Origin: Candidatus Limnocylindrus sp.
Lineage (GTDB): Bacteria; Chloroflexota; Limnocylindria; Limnocylindrales; Limnocylindraceae
Reading direction: 5' to 3'
Assembly: GCA_040397235.1 (NCBI GenBank)
Contig: JBBAWH010000006.1
Location: forward strand, 8,854 to 72,853
DNA: 64,000 nucleotides
Below the pieces are notes generated by a model. It had not been told where the DNA came from. It made no database searches and saw only the letters and a list, made by a program, of their open reading frames with translations. Shown here one piece after another: positions 1 to 10,378 of this stretch (positions are counted from its first letter, which is position 1; every line of letters starts with the position of its first letter). The translations under genes and the position numbers were made by a program.

Positions 1-185
1 CCGTCGGCCAGCCAGGCGAGGTAGGCCCAGCCACCAGCGGCGAAGACGGTAAACCCGCGGTAGCCCCGCGTTGACTCCGAGCGGTGGGTCAGCAGGAGAA
101 TGGCGGCCAAGCTGCCGACCGCAAGGCCGCTCACCACCACCCAGTTGATGAACGAGAGGGAGCGTGCAACGGTCTCAACAGGCAT
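1..185 (-). CDS. Membrane protein, 3'-truncated by window edge (MPVETVARSLSFINWVVVSGLAVGSLAAILLL...)
   Basis: Open frame from ATG at 185 to the window edge, with hydrophobic helices; TAGGCT -10-like hexamer 6 nt upstream. Confidence 0.6.
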   Translation of the reverse strand, partial: MPVETVARSLSFINWVVVSGLAVGSLAAILLLTHRSESTRGYRGFTVFAAGGWAYLAWLAD

Positions 186-256
186 CGTTGCAGCCTATCA
201 CCCACCCCGCACCCCTATCCTCCACGGATGAGCGGTCACAAACCTGAGGCATTGCG

Positions 257-2551
257 ATGATTCGCGGGGAGGAGCCGGCCCTCGGCACCCCTGAGCCGCC
301 ACGCTACGGGAGCGATGCCCCCTGGATGGGCGAGGTGGTCATTCAGGCGAAACACCTCCTCGTCTGGCTCGCGCAACTCTCCCAGCGCTACGGCGCGCCG
401 ATCCGTCGCCTCGACGAGATCCCTGACAAAGAGTTGCAACTTCTAGCGCAGCGCGGCGTGAGCGCACTCTGGCCGATCGGCATCTGGCGTCGCAGTGCCG
501 CCTCCCGTGCGATGAAGGTCGGCGCTGGAGATCTTGATGCTGAGGGCTCCGCCTACGCCGTTGCCGAATACGTCGTTGATGAGGGGTTGGGCGGCGATGC
601 AGCACTCGCGACGCTGCGCACCAGGGCCGGCGCCGTTGGCATTCGCATCGTGAGCGACATGGTGCCGAACCATGTCGCCATCGACGGCCGCTGGGTCAAC
701 GAGCGCTCTGAGCTGCTCCTCTCCTCCGCACATCCGCCCTTCCCAAAATATCGCTACAGCGGCGAGAATCTCTCAGGCGAGCCAGGCAGCGCCATCCGTA
801 TTGAAGACGGATACGAGCGCGGTGATGATGCCGCCGTCACCTTCGAGCGCCGCGCTACAGATTCGTTGCAGTACATCTATCACGGTAATGACGGCACGAA
901 CATGCCGTGGAAGGACACCGCCCAAATCGACTACCTCAATCCGGAGGCGCGTGAGGCGGTGATCCAAGAGATCCTCTCCGTTGCTCGGCGCTCCGACATC
1001 ATTCGCTTCGATGCGGCGATGACCCTTGCCGCGCAACATATCCGGCGTCTCTGGTATCCGGCGCGCGGCACGGCTGCGGCGATCCCATCGCGCAGCGAGT
1101 TTGCGATGACCGACCGGGAGTTCGCCAAACGACTCCCACGAGAGTTCTGGCGCGAGGTGGTGGAGCGCGTCGAACGCGAGCTACCCGGCACGATGCTCCT
1201 CGCCGAGGCCTTCTGGCTCCTCGAGGGCTACTTCGTGCGTGGGCTCGGCATGCACCGCGTCTACAACTCCGCCTTTATGGCGATGCTGCGCGACGGCAAG
1301 AACAGCGAGTACCGCACGATCCTGCGTGACACCACCGCGTACGACCCTGAGCTGCTGCGCCGCTACGTCAACTTCCTCACCACCCCCGACGAAGAGCCGG
1401 CCGCTGTGGGGTTCGGGATTGGCGACCGCGCTCTCTTGGCAGCAACGCTGTCGGCGACGCTCCCCGGCGTGCCGATGCTCGGTCACGGGCAGTGGGAGGG
1501 GCAGCGTGAGCGTTACGGCATGGAGTACCGTGCGCCACGCACCAGCGACCCGATCAGCACCGACCACGTTGAACGCTATGACCGCGAGATCGCCCCACTC
1601 CTTCGGGCACGGCACCTCTTCGCCGGCGTCGCGGACTTCCGCTGGTTCAATGCGAAGAGCGACAGCAAGGCGGTGCGTGAAAGTGCGTACGCCTTTAGCA
1701 ACGCGGCCGGGAGTGCTCGCACGCTGGTGATCGCCCTCAACAGCGATACGGGGGCAGAGCTCACCATCCAGCACGCCGCACCGGCGGTCTCCCCGTCGAG
1801 CTCACTTGGCGGGGCAGCTGCGAGCCCGCTCCCGGCCAGCGCGATTGCCGATCGACTCGGTGTTTCGGCGAGCGCTGGTGATGTGGTCGAGCTGCGCGAT
1901 GCGATCACCAACCGTAGTCTCCTGGTCAGCACCGCCTCACTGGCGCGCAGCGGACTTACGGTGCGGCTCCCTGCGTTCGGTCGCGTCGTCTTCTGGGGGA
2001 TTGCGCAGCATCACTCAACGCCGAGCGAGCCGTGGGGCGATCTTGCCACGCTGGCGAAGGGCGAGTTGCTGCACGATCCAGTCGCCGCGCTAGCTGTGCT
2101 CACGAGCGGCGGCACCCCCGCCGATGCGCTTTCGGCGAGAATAGAGCGGCCAACTGGCACAAGTGCGACGGGGAGGAAGCGCGTGACCGAACGCAAGCCC
2201 ACATCTGGGGAGTCGACCGCCGACCCGCGACTCTTGACGACGGAGACGCCTGCGCCGCCAGAGGCGGTGCGAGCGATTGCCGCACTCCTCGGCCGAGCCG
2301 CTGCCCCACTCCGCTCGGAGCGCCGCGCCGCAACTCCACCCCCGGCGCCGAAGTCAGAGCCCGAGGTTCAGGCGCCCATCGAGGGCCTGCGCGACCACGA
2401 GATTCTTGTGGAGGGCGAACATAGCGACCTGATTCGGCTCGCCGCACATGAGATTGATCAGGTGAAGCGGCGCGCCAAGCGCGCTCGACGAGCGGTACGT
2501 GAGGCACTCGCCCGCATCTCAACGCCAGGGGGCGACGAACTCGGCGGGTAG
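257..2551 (+). CDS. Alpha-amylase family (GH13) glycoside hydrolase with low-complexity C-terminal tail
   Basis: GH13 regions DMVPNH, IRFDAAM (nucleophile Asp), LAEAFW (acid/base Glu), NFLTTPDEE. Confidence 0.85.
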   Translation: MIRGEEPALGTPEPPRYGSDAPWMGEVVIQAKHLLVWLAQLSQRYGAPIRRLDEIPDKELQLLAQRGVSALWPIGIWRRSAASRAMKVGAGDLDAEGSAYAVAEYVVDEGLGGDAALATLRTRAGAVGIRIVSDMVPNHVAIDGRWVNERSELLLSSAHPPFPKYRYSGENLSGEPGSAIRIEDGYERGDDAAVTFERRATDSLQYIYHGNDGTNMPWKDTAQIDYLNPEAREAVIQEILSVARRSDIIRFDAAMTLAAQHIRRLWYPARGTAAAIPSRSEFAMTDREFAKRLPREFWREVVERVERELPGTMLLAEAFWLLEGYFVRGLGMHRVYNSAFMAMLRDGKNSEYRTILRDTTAYDPELLRRYVNFLTTPDEEPAAVGFGIGDRALLAATLSATLPGVPMLGHGQWEGQRERYGMEYRAPRTSDPISTDHVERYDREIAPLLRARHLFAGVADFRWFNAKSDSKAVRESAYAFSNAAGSARTLVIALNSDTGAELTIQHAAPAVSPSSSLGGAAASPLPASAIADRLGVSASAGDVVELRDAITNRSLLVSTASLARSGLTVRLPAFGRVVFWGIAQHHSTPSEPWGDLATLAKGELLHDPVAALAVLTSGGTPADALSARIERPTGTSATGRKRVTERKPTSGESTADPRLLTTETPAPPEAVRAIAALLGRAAAPLRSERRAATPPPAPKSEPEVQAPIEGLRDHEILVEGEHSDLIRLAAHEIDQVKRRAKRARRAVREALARISTPGGDELGG

Positions 2552-2556
2552 CCCCG

Positions 2557-3993
2557 CTACTGCGGGTCGGCGAGAACGAGCAGCTTGATCTCGGTCATCT
2601 CATCCATCGACCAGCGCACACCCTCTCGACCAAGACCGGAATCCTTCACGCCGCCGTACGGCATGTTGTCAATGCGATAGGTCGGCACATCATTCACGAT
2701 GACACCGCCAACCTCCAGATGGTCGAATGCGGCGCGTACATGCGCCAGGTCATTTGAGAAGAGTCCGCACTGCAGTCCGAAGCGGCTCTCGTTCACCGCG
2801 GCAATGGCCGCTGAGAAGTCGCTGAAGCGTTCGATGATCACCACGGGGGCAAAGGCCTCTTCGCTGCAGATGCGCGCGTCGCGCGGCACGTTCCTCAAGA
2901 TCGTTGGGGCGAAGAGTCGCGGGCTTGCCGCGTTCACCGCTGCGCCACCTGCAATCAGCGTCGCGCCAGCGGCGATCGCCTCGTTCACCCACTCTGCGGT
3001 GCGCGCCGCGGCACCATCATCAATGAGCGGTCCGAGGTCGGTCCTCTCGCTCGCCGGGTCACCGAGCACGAGCTTCGCAGCACCGGCGGCGAACTGCTCC
3101 TCAAAGGCGTCAGCCACAAACTCGTGCACAAAGATGCGCTGCACGCTGATGCACACCTGGCCGGCGTAGGCGAACGAGCCGACGAGCGATCGCTTCACCG
3201 CCCACGAGAGATCTGCGGTGGCGTCAACGATGCAGGCGGCATTGCCACCGAGCTCGAGGATGACGCGCTTCTTGCCGACACGCCCCTTCAGCGACCAACC
3301 AACAGTCGGTGATCCAGTGAACGAGAGCACCTTGAAGCGCTCGTCTTCAATCAAGCGATCCGCATCGGGGCGCGAGGTTGGGATCACGCTGAGCCCGCCA
3401 GCTGGGAGGCCAGCGTCGACGAGGATCTCCGCGACCTTCAGCATGATCAGCGGGTCTGCGCTCGGCGGCTTCAGCACCATGCTGCAGCCAACCGCGATGG
3501 CGGGTGCAACCTTATGGGCGGCGAGGTTCAGTGGGAAGTTGAATGGGCTGATCCCGAGCACTGGGCCAACAGGGAACCGCTGCGTGATGCCGAGGCGACC
3601 CTTGCTCGCAGGTGCTAGGTCAAGCGGGATCGTCTCGCCGATCATCCGCTCCGCCTCTTCAGCGGCGAGCCTAAAGGTCAGCGCGCCACGATCGATCTCT
3701 GCACGTGCATCGCGGATCGGCTTCCCCGCCTCGGCGGAGAGGAGTGCTGCCAGCTCTTCGCGACGCTCGGTGATCTTTGCTGCGGTGGTGCGCAAGATCG
3801 CGCCACGCTCCCATGCGCCGAGCTTGCGCATGGCGGCAAAGCCGGTGACGCTCCCCGCAGCGGCGCGCTCGACCTGCTCCGGTGTGGCGAGGTAGGTCGT
3901 GCCGACCAGATGGCCGTCGAAGGGCGACCGAATCTCGACAAGGTTCGGCGAGCTCTCCCATGCGCCTGCGACGAGGATCTTCTGTGGCTCCAT
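2557..3993 (-). CDS. NAD(P)-dependent aldehyde dehydrogenase
   Basis: PFNFP, FTGS, LELGGN, catalytic GQVCIS, EEAFAP, PYGGVKDSG; start reset to MEPQKIL (ATG 3993). Confidence 0.93.
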   Translation of the reverse strand: MEPQKILVAGAWESSPNLVEIRSPFDGHLVGTTYLATPEQVERAAAGSVTGFAAMRKLGAWERGAILRTTAAKITERREELAALLSAEAGKPIRDARAEIDRGALTFRLAAEEAERMIGETIPLDLAPASKGRLGITQRFPVGPVLGISPFNFPLNLAAHKVAPAIAVGCSMVLKPPSADPLIMLKVAEILVDAGLPAGGLSVIPTSRPDADRLIEDERFKVLSFTGSPTVGWSLKGRVGKKRVILELGGNAACIVDATADLSWAVKRSLVGSFAYAGQVCISVQRIFVHEFVADAFEEQFAAGAAKLVLGDPASERTDLGPLIDDGAAARTAEWVNEAIAAGATLIAGGAAVNAASPRLFAPTILRNVPRDARICSEEAFAPVVIIERFSDFSAAIAAVNESRFGLQCGLFSNDLAHVRAAFDHLEVGGVIVNDVPTYRIDNMPYGGVKDSGLGREGVRWSMDEMTEIKLLVLADPQ

Positions 3994-4028
3994 ATGGGGC
4001 GAGTCTAGCGGCGCGCGCGGCGGCGTGA

Positions 4029-4865
4029 TTAAAGCGCCTCGCCTCGTGGGTAGCTGCCGAGGATGCGCCGCTCCAACGTCACGTCGGCGAGCCCCTGCAT
4101 CACGCCGAGAATCTCGGGAGAGCCGGCTGCGCCGTCGAGGTCGAACCAGAAGATGTACTCCCACTCCCCGACCCGATTTGGGCGTGACTCCAACTTGCTG
4201 ATGTTGACGCCCGCCTTCGCAATCACCGCTAGTGCGGCGAGCAGGGTGCCCGGCTCGTTGCGCAGGCCGACCAGGAGGGTGGTGCGTGCTGGGCCAGCCT
4301 CGGCGTGCCGTGCAGGTCCACCCGCGCGCTGCACGATCCAGAAGCGCGTGCGATTCCCCTGCACCCCTTCGATTGGGCCGGTGAGTGGGTTGAGGCCGTG
4401 GATCACTGCGGCGCGTGACGAGAGGACGGCGGCGGCATCGCGCTCACCGCGCTCGCGAATCATCGCTCCGGCCCCTGCCGTGTTGTAGGTGGTGAGGAGT
4501 GCCCAGGGTCGACTGCGGAGATACTCCTCCGCCTGCGCGAGCGCCTGCGCGTGACTGTAGACGCGCTCCACCTGCTCGAGCGTCACGCCAGGAAGGGCGG
4601 CGAGTACGAGCGAGACGGGCACCACCACTTCGCCAACGATCTCGAGTGCGCCGTCGCGAAGGAGATCGAGCGTCTCGCGCACGGTGCCGTTGATCAGATT
4701 CTCAATCGGCAGAACGCCGTAGATCGCGCGCCCATCAAGGACGGCTGCGCGTACGTCACCAAATGAGGTGACGCTCAGCGATGCGGCCGCAGCACCGAAA
4801 TAGGAGAGGAGTGCATCCTCGGCGAAGGCGCCAGGCTCTCCGGCGTAGGCGATCGCCTCGCTCAT
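4029..4865 (-). CDS. pheA: Prephenate dehydratase (PDT + ACT)
   Basis: AYAGEPGAFAE, LPIENLING, SHAQALAQ, NRTRF, ESRP ACT motif. Confidence 0.92.
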   Translation of the reverse strand: MSEAIAYAGEPGAFAEDALLSYFGAAAASLSVTSFGDVRAAVLDGRAIYGVLPIENLINGTVRETLDLLRDGALEIVGEVVVPVSLVLAALPGVTLEQVERVYSHAQALAQAEEYLRSRPWALLTTYNTAGAGAMIRERGERDAAAVLSSRAAVIHGLNPLTGPIEGVQGNRTRFWIVQRAGGPARHAEAGPARTTLLVGLRNEPGTLLAALAVIAKAGVNISKLESRPNRVGEWEYIFWFDLDGAAGSPEILGVMQGLADVTLERRILGSYPRGEAL

Positions 4866-6523
4866 GCCGAACGACCGTTGGTGGCGTCTCGCTCGGTGCG
4901 GCGAGTAATCTCACCGCCCTGGAGGCGCAGCGCGTACTCGAGAGAGTCGGCAAGAGCCGCCGCCGATGCCGAGATGATGTTCTCGCCGACGCCCATCGTC
5001 GACCAGGTCTCCCCATCAGCGACAGAGTCAATGACGACGCGCGTCTTCGCCCCAGTCGCCGATGAGCCGTCGAGGATGCGCACCTTGTAGTCAACGAGGT
5101 GTACCGCGTCGAGCTGCGGATAGAACGCACCGAGCGCCTTGCGCAGCGCACGGTCAAGGGCGTTCACTGGGCCGTTGCCGTCGGCGGCGGTGTGGAGGCG
5201 CTCCCCAGCAACCTCGACGCGCACGGTGGCCTCGGCACGACCTGGAGCACCTTCACGCTGCTCCACGATCACGGTGAAATCTACGATGGTGAATGGGGCG
5301 ACGTACGTTGGTCGATGGCGCTCTACGAGCAGTTGGAACGAAGCCTCGGCGCCCTCGTAGCTTGCGCCGGCTGCCTCCATCTCCTTGACGAGGGTCGAGA
5401 GGGTCTTCGAGTCGAGGCCGGAATTTGCGAGCTCAACGCCAAGTTCAGCGGCGCGGCTCCCTGTGTTCGCCTTGCCGCCTAGCTCCGAGACGACGAGGCG
5501 CCCGCGGTTGCCGACCAGGGCTGGATCAATGTGTTGATAGGCCCGCGGCGTCTTCACCTGCGCCGCGCCGTGCACGCCACCCTTGTGAGCAAAGGCCGAG
5601 CGGCCAACGTACGGCTGGTGATCGTCGGGGGCGAGGTTGGCAATCTCCGCCACCTCATGCGAGAGGTGCGAGAGGTCGGCGAGGCGATCGGCACCGGCAA
5701 CGGTGTGCTGCGTCTTTAGGGCAAGGTTGGCGAGCAGCGACACCATGTTCGCATTGCCGGCTCGCTCGCCGTAACCATTGATCGTCGCCTGCACGTGACG
5801 TACGCCAGCATCAACCGCCGCAAGCGCATTCGCCACTGCGAGCTCGGCATCGTTATGTGTGTGGATCCCCCAAACGATCTCTTTCGCCGCCGCGTCGGCG
5901 GCGAGGGTCGCGCGCGCATCCTTCACGATCTCAGACATCCGACCGGTGAGGGTGCCGCCATTGGTATCGCAGAGAACGAGGGTCGATGCCCCAGCGTCAC
6001 GTGCGGCGCGCAGCGTATCGAGCGCGTAGTCACGATCCGCCTCAAAGCCGTCGAAGAAGTGCTCGGCGTCGTAGACCATCTCGCGTCCGCGTTCGGCGAT
6101 GTAGGCGACGCTCTCCGAGATCATCGCAAGGTTCTCGGCGCGCGACGCCTCAAGGACCGCCTCAACGTGCAGGGTCCAACTCTTGCCGAAGATCGTGACG
6201 ATCGGCGTCTCGGCATCAAGGAGTGCATTCAGGTTGACGTCATCACCAGGCTTATTCGACTTATGACGTGTGCTGCCGAAGGCGGCGAGCCTTGCGCGCT
6301 CCCAGCGAATCTTCTTCGCTGCGGCGAAGAACTCAATGTCCTTCGGATTGGAGCCTGGCCATCCGCCTTCGATCGCCAGCATGCCGAACTCATCGAGCGC
6401 ACGTGCGATGCGCAGCTTGTCTTGCAGCGAAAGGATTAGCCCCTCGCGCTGTGCCCCGTCGCGAAGGGTCGTGTCGTAGAGGAGGACCGGCTCCCGATCG
6501 GCGGCGCTGGCGCTGGTGGTCAC
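4862..6523 (-). CDS. cimA: Citramalate synthase
   Basis: YDTTLRDGAQREG, GGWPGSNPKD, YDAEHFFDG, HTHND, FAHKGGVH, DYKVRIL. Confidence 0.92.
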   Translation of the reverse strand: MTTSASAADREPVLLYDTTLRDGAQREGLILSLQDKLRIARALDEFGMLAIEGGWPGSNPKDIEFFAAAKKIRWERARLAAFGSTRHKSNKPGDDVNLNALLDAETPIVTIFGKSWTLHVEAVLEASRAENLAMISESVAYIAERGREMVYDAEHFFDGFEADRDYALDTLRAARDAGASTLVLCDTNGGTLTGRMSEIVKDARATLAADAAAKEIVWGIHTHNDAELAVANALAAVDAGVRHVQATINGYGERAGNANMVSLLANLALKTQHTVAGADRLADLSHLSHEVAEIANLAPDDHQPYVGRSAFAHKGGVHGAAQVKTPRAYQHIDPALVGNRGRLVVSELGGKANTGSRAAELGVELANSGLDSKTLSTLVKEMEAAGASYEGAEASFQLLVERHRPTYVAPFTIVDFTVIVEQREGAPGRAEATVRVEVAGERLHTAADGNGPVNALDRALRKALGAFYPQLDAVHLVDYKVRILDGSSATGAKTRVVIDSVADGETWSTMGVGENIISASAAALADSLEYALRLQGGEITRRTERDATNGRSA

Positions 6524-7695
6524 TTAAGGCTCAGCAGCTGCTCAACGATGGCGTCGGTCGCCTCGCGGGTGCCTGCAAGGGTGAAGCCAGCGGCGCGGGC
6601 ACCAGCGGCATCAAGCCCTGGGGCAAGGTCGGCGGTGCGCACCCCCGCACGAATCGTGTTGGCCACCGCCTGCTCAACGGCGGCGGCGGCATCGGCGCGA
6701 CCGAGCGACTCGCGGAGCATCATCGCCCCCGAGAGGATCGTGCCGATCGGGTTCGCCAGGTTCTTTCCTGCAATGTCGGGGGCGGAGCCGTGGATCGGCT
6801 CGTAGAGGCCGAAGGTGCCGTGCGCCGTGCGACGCGCACCGAGTGAGGCGGAGGGGAGCATGCCGAGTGAACCGGCCAGCACGGCGGCCTCATCAGAGAG
6901 GATGTCGCCGAAGAGATTCTCGGTGACGACCACATCGAAGGTGGCTGGCCAGGTCGCGAGCAGCATCGCGGTGGAGTCGACGAGGCGATGCTCTAACTTC
7001 ACGTCGGGGTAGTCGGCGCCAACCTCGGTAACGACCTTGCGCCAGAGTCGGCTGGTGGAGAGGACGTTCGCCTTGTCGACTGACGTAACGGACTTTCGTC
7101 GCGTGCGCGCCAACTCAAACGCGATCACGGCGACACGGTGAATCTCATCTTCGTGATACGGCAGCGTGTCGACGGCGCGGCGACCTGTTGGCGTCACCTC
7201 TTCACCCGACGGCTTGCCGAAGTAGAGACCGCCGGTGAGCTCGCGCACCATCAACATGTCGACGCCCTTTAGGCGCTCAGGCTTCAGTGGCGAGGCGTCG
7301 GCGAGCTCTGGGTAGATCGTGACGGGGCGAAGGTTGGCGAAGAGTTCGTAGCGGGTGCGAAAGGCGAAGAGTGCCTGCTCTGGTCGAACGGTGCCGTTCG
7401 GGTTATCCCACTTCGGACCACCAACGGCGCCAAGCAGCAGCGCGTCGGCTGTATCGGCAACCAGCAGATCCTCTTCGCGAACGGCAACGCCGTACGCGTC
7501 GATGGCGCAGCCACCGGCCAAGATCTCGCGCCAGGCGAGCTTGAAGCCAAACTTCGATCCCGCCGCATCGAGCACGCGCCGCGTCGCTGCGACCACATCA
7601 GGGCCAACTCCATCCCCTGGAATGGTGACGATCAGGTGATCGGCCGCACCGTCGCGCAGCGCCGAGAAGAGTGGTGCCGTTAGAGTCTCGCTCAC
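6520..7695 (-). CDS. leuB: 3-isopropylmalate dehydrogenase
   Basis: PGDGVGP, LFANLRP, VRELTGGLYFG, VDKANV, NLFGDILSD, EPIHGSAPDIAG. Confidence 0.97.
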   Translation of the reverse strand: MSETLTAPLFSALRDGAADHLIVTIPGDGVGPDVVAATRRVLDAAGSKFGFKLAWREILAGGCAIDAYGVAVREEDLLVADTADALLLGAVGGPKWDNPNGTVRPEQALFAFRTRYELFANLRPVTIYPELADASPLKPERLKGVDMLMVRELTGGLYFGKPSGEEVTPTGRRAVDTLPYHEDEIHRVAVIAFELARTRRKSVTSVDKANVLSTSRLWRKVVTEVGADYPDVKLEHRLVDSTAMLLATWPATFDVVVTENLFGDILSDEAAVLAGSLGMLPSASLGARRTAHGTFGLYEPIHGSAPDIAGKNLANPIGTILSGAMMLRESLGRADAAAAVEQAVANTIRAGVRTADLAPGLDAAGARAAGFTLAGTREATDAIVEQLLSLK

Positions 7696-9332
7696 TGCAT
7701 CGCCTCGCGCGATCCCTTCGTTGGCGCGCTTGCCGACCCGGACTCAAGCGCAGCGAGCTTGTTCGCTGCAGAGACGTAGGCGACGAGTGACGCATCGATG
7801 ATGTTCGTGGAGAGGCCCTGCCCCGTGACGATCGGCACGTTCGGAAGTGGCTTCCCCTCTGCGTCAAGATCGGTGGAGCGGCGACACTTCGCCGTCACCT
7901 GACCCTGGGCATCCTCCCCCTCGCTGACCGCGCGAATCTCGTACTCGGCGAGGATCGGATGCCAGCCGAGCGTTGGCTCCACCGCCTTATCAAGCGCCTC
8001 GTAGAGCGCATCGACCGGGCCGTTGCCGGTGGACTCGGCCGAGGCCTCGACCCCGTTCACGCGAATCTCGACGCGACCCGATGAGCCGCCGCCGCGTGAG
8101 CTGGCAACGCTCCAGTCCAAGAGCTCAATCGTTGCGGCGCTACCGGTGGCGGCACGCTTGTCGACGAGCGCGAGGAGGTCGGCGTCGGTCAGCTCCTTCT
8201 TCACATCGGCGAGGGCGATCGCCTCGCGGTAGAGGGCATCGAGCGCCTCTCCGCTGAGGTCGTGACCGAGCTCGGCAAACTTTGCCTGCAGGCCACGGCG
8301 ACCCGAAAGCTTGCCGATGGTGAGGCTTGAACCGAGCAGACCAACCGACTGCGGCGTCATGATCTCGTAGGTCAACGGATTCTTCAGCACACCGTCCTGA
8401 TGAATCCCCGACTCGTGGGCGAAGGCATTCGCACCGACGATCGCCTTGTTCGGCTGCACGGCGAATCCGGTCAGATACGAGACGAGTCGGCTCGCCGACG
8501 TCAACTGCTCTGTCTGCACCTGAATGTCGTGTGACTCGAACTGCCCTGGTCGGGTGCGCAGCGCCATTACGACCTCTTCGAGTGAGGCGTTGCCGGCGCG
8601 CTCGCCGAGTCCGTTGATCGTTACCTCTACCTGACGAGCACCAGCCTGCACCGCCGCCAAGGTATTGGCGGTCGCAAGGCCGAGGTCGTTATGGCAGTGG
8701 ACGCTGATCGTGGCGTCGCGTCCAACGCGATCCACCACCAACTTCGTGAGCGCGGCGTACTCCGACGGAATGGCATAGCCAACGGTGTCGGGGATGTTGA
8801 CCGTTGAGGCGCCCGCCTCGACCACGGCCTCGTACACCTGCAACAGGTAGTCGTGATCGGTGCGGCTCGCATCTTCGGCGGAGAACTCCACCTCAGCATC
8901 GCGACCGAGCTTCTCGCGTGCGTACTTCACCCACTTCACCGCCTCGGCTAGTGCCGCCTCGCGCGTGGTGCGCAGCTTGTGGGTGAGGTGAATGTCGGAG
9001 GTGGCGATAAAGAGATGCAGGTGCGGTCGATCCGAGACCTTGATCGCGTCGATGGCACGCTGTGGATCGCCATCTTTGCAGCGCGCGAGCGCCGCAATGC
9101 CGATCCCCTTCGTGGTGAGGGCGATCTGTCGTACCGCCTCAAAGTCGCCCTCAGAGGCTGCGGGGAAGCCCGCCTCAATAACGTCAACCTTCAGCTTGGC
9201 GAGTTGCCGAGCAACCTCGAGCTTCTCGGCAACGGTGAGGCCGGCGCCTGGCGCCTGCTCCCCATCGCGCAGGGTCGTGTCAAAGATGCGAACGGCGCCA
9301 GCGGCGACGCCAGGGCCCGGCGCCCCGTTCAC
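7692..9332 (-). CDS. leuA: 2-isopropylmalate synthase
   Basis: IFDTTLRDGEQAPG, HCHNDLG, GERAGNA, AFAHESGIHQDG. Confidence 0.96.
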   Translation of the reverse strand: MNGAPGPGVAAGAVRIFDTTLRDGEQAPGAGLTVAEKLEVARQLAKLKVDVIEAGFPAASEGDFEAVRQIALTTKGIGIAALARCKDGDPQRAIDAIKVSDRPHLHLFIATSDIHLTHKLRTTREAALAEAVKWVKYAREKLGRDAEVEFSAEDASRTDHDYLLQVYEAVVEAGASTVNIPDTVGYAIPSEYAALTKLVVDRVGRDATISVHCHNDLGLATANTLAAVQAGARQVEVTINGLGERAGNASLEEVVMALRTRPGQFESHDIQVQTEQLTSASRLVSYLTGFAVQPNKAIVGANAFAHESGIHQDGVLKNPLTYEIMTPQSVGLLGSSLTIGKLSGRRGLQAKFAELGHDLSGEALDALYREAIALADVKKELTDADLLALVDKRAATGSAATIELLDWSVASSRGGGSSGRVEIRVNGVEASAESTGNGPVDALYEALDKAVEPTLGWHPILAEYEIRAVSEGEDAQGQVTAKCRRSTDLDAEGKPLPNVPIVTGQGLSTNIIDASLVAYVSAANKLAALESGSASAPTKGSREAMQ

Positions 9333-10378
9333 TTGCCAGCGCCCTTCTCCGCGGCGCCCTGGGCGCCATCCATGTCGACCTCGACCGGATTCAAGAAGGT
9401 CATCTGATGGCGTAGCGCCTTGCCGACCTTCTCAATTGGGTGGCCCGAGTTCGCAGCGCGCAGGCGCTTGTACTCTGGGCGACCCGCCTCATCTTCTGCG
9501 ATCCACTTCTTCGCAAAGGTGCCGTCCTGAATCTCGGTGAGCACCTCCTTCATGCGCGCCTTCACCGACGCATCAATGATGCGTGGGCCCGACGTGTAGT
9601 CACCCCACTCGGCGGTGTCAGAGACGGAGAAGCGCATGAAGTCGAGTCCGCCGCGATACATCAGGTCAACGATGAGCTTCAACTCATGCATCGTCTCGAA
9701 GTAGGCGAGCTCTGGATCGTAGCCAGCCTCGACCAGCGTCTCCCACGCACTCTTCACGAGCTGCGCGGTACCGCCGCAGAGCACCGCCTGTTCGCCGAAG
9801 AGATCGCTCTCGGTCTCATCCTTGAAGGTCGTCTCCATGATTCCTGCGCGCGTGCAGCCGAGTCCGTTGGCGTACGCCATGACACGGGCACGTGCGGTGC
9901 CGCTCGCCTCTTGCCCAACGGCGAAGAGCGCGGGCACACCGCCGCCGGAGACGTAGACGGAGCGCACGAGGTGGCCTGGCCCCTTCGGCGCGATCATGCC
10001 AACGTCAGTTCCTTCGGCTGGCTTAATGCGACCGAAATGAATGTTGAAGCCGTGTGCGAAGAGGAGGAGCGCACCCTTCTTCAGATTGCCTGCGATTTCG
10101 GTGTCGTAGAGCGCCTTCTGCGCCGTGTCTGGCGCGGCGATCATCACCACGTCGGCGCGCTTTGTCGCCTCGGCGGCGGTGAAGACCTCAAAGTCGTCAG
10201 CGGCGGCAACGGCGCGGCTCTTCGAGCCTTCCTTGAGACCGATGATCACGGTGAGCCCCGACTCCTTCAGGTTGCGAGCGTGGGCGTGCCCCTGGCTGCC
10301 GTACCCGATCACGGCGATGATCTGGCCCTTCAGGGCCTCGATTGGCGCCTCGGCGCTGTAGTACATCTTTACGCTCAT
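9329..10378 (-). CDS. ilvC: Ketol-acid reductoisomerase
   Basis: IGYGSQGHAHA, APKGPGH, ETESDLFGEQAVLCGG, SVSDTAEWG. Confidence 0.97.
   Translation of the reverse strand: MSVKMYYSAEAPIEALKGQIIAVIGYGSQGHAHARNLKESGLTVIIGLKEGSKSRAVAAADDFEVFTAAEATKRADVVMIAAPDTAQKALYDTEIAGNLKKGALLLFAHGFNIHFGRIKPAEGTDVGMIAPKGPGHLVRSVYVSGGGVPALFAVGQEASGTARARVMAYANGLGCTRAGIMETTFKDETESDLFGEQAVLCGGTAQLVKSAWETLVEAGYDPELAYFETMHELKLIVDLMYRGGLDFMRFSVSDTAEWGDYTSGPRIIDASVKARMKEVLTEIQDGTFAKKWIAEDEAGRPEYKRLRAANSGHPIEKVGKALRHQMTFLNPVEVDMDGAQGAAEKGAGK

Noticed and set aside
3994-4164. N-terminal extensions of ALDH (and of the ORFs at 14390, 26729, 35035)
   Set aside because: Arg-rich non-homologous sequence overlapping neighbouring genes; internal starts fit promoter, RBS or coupling signals
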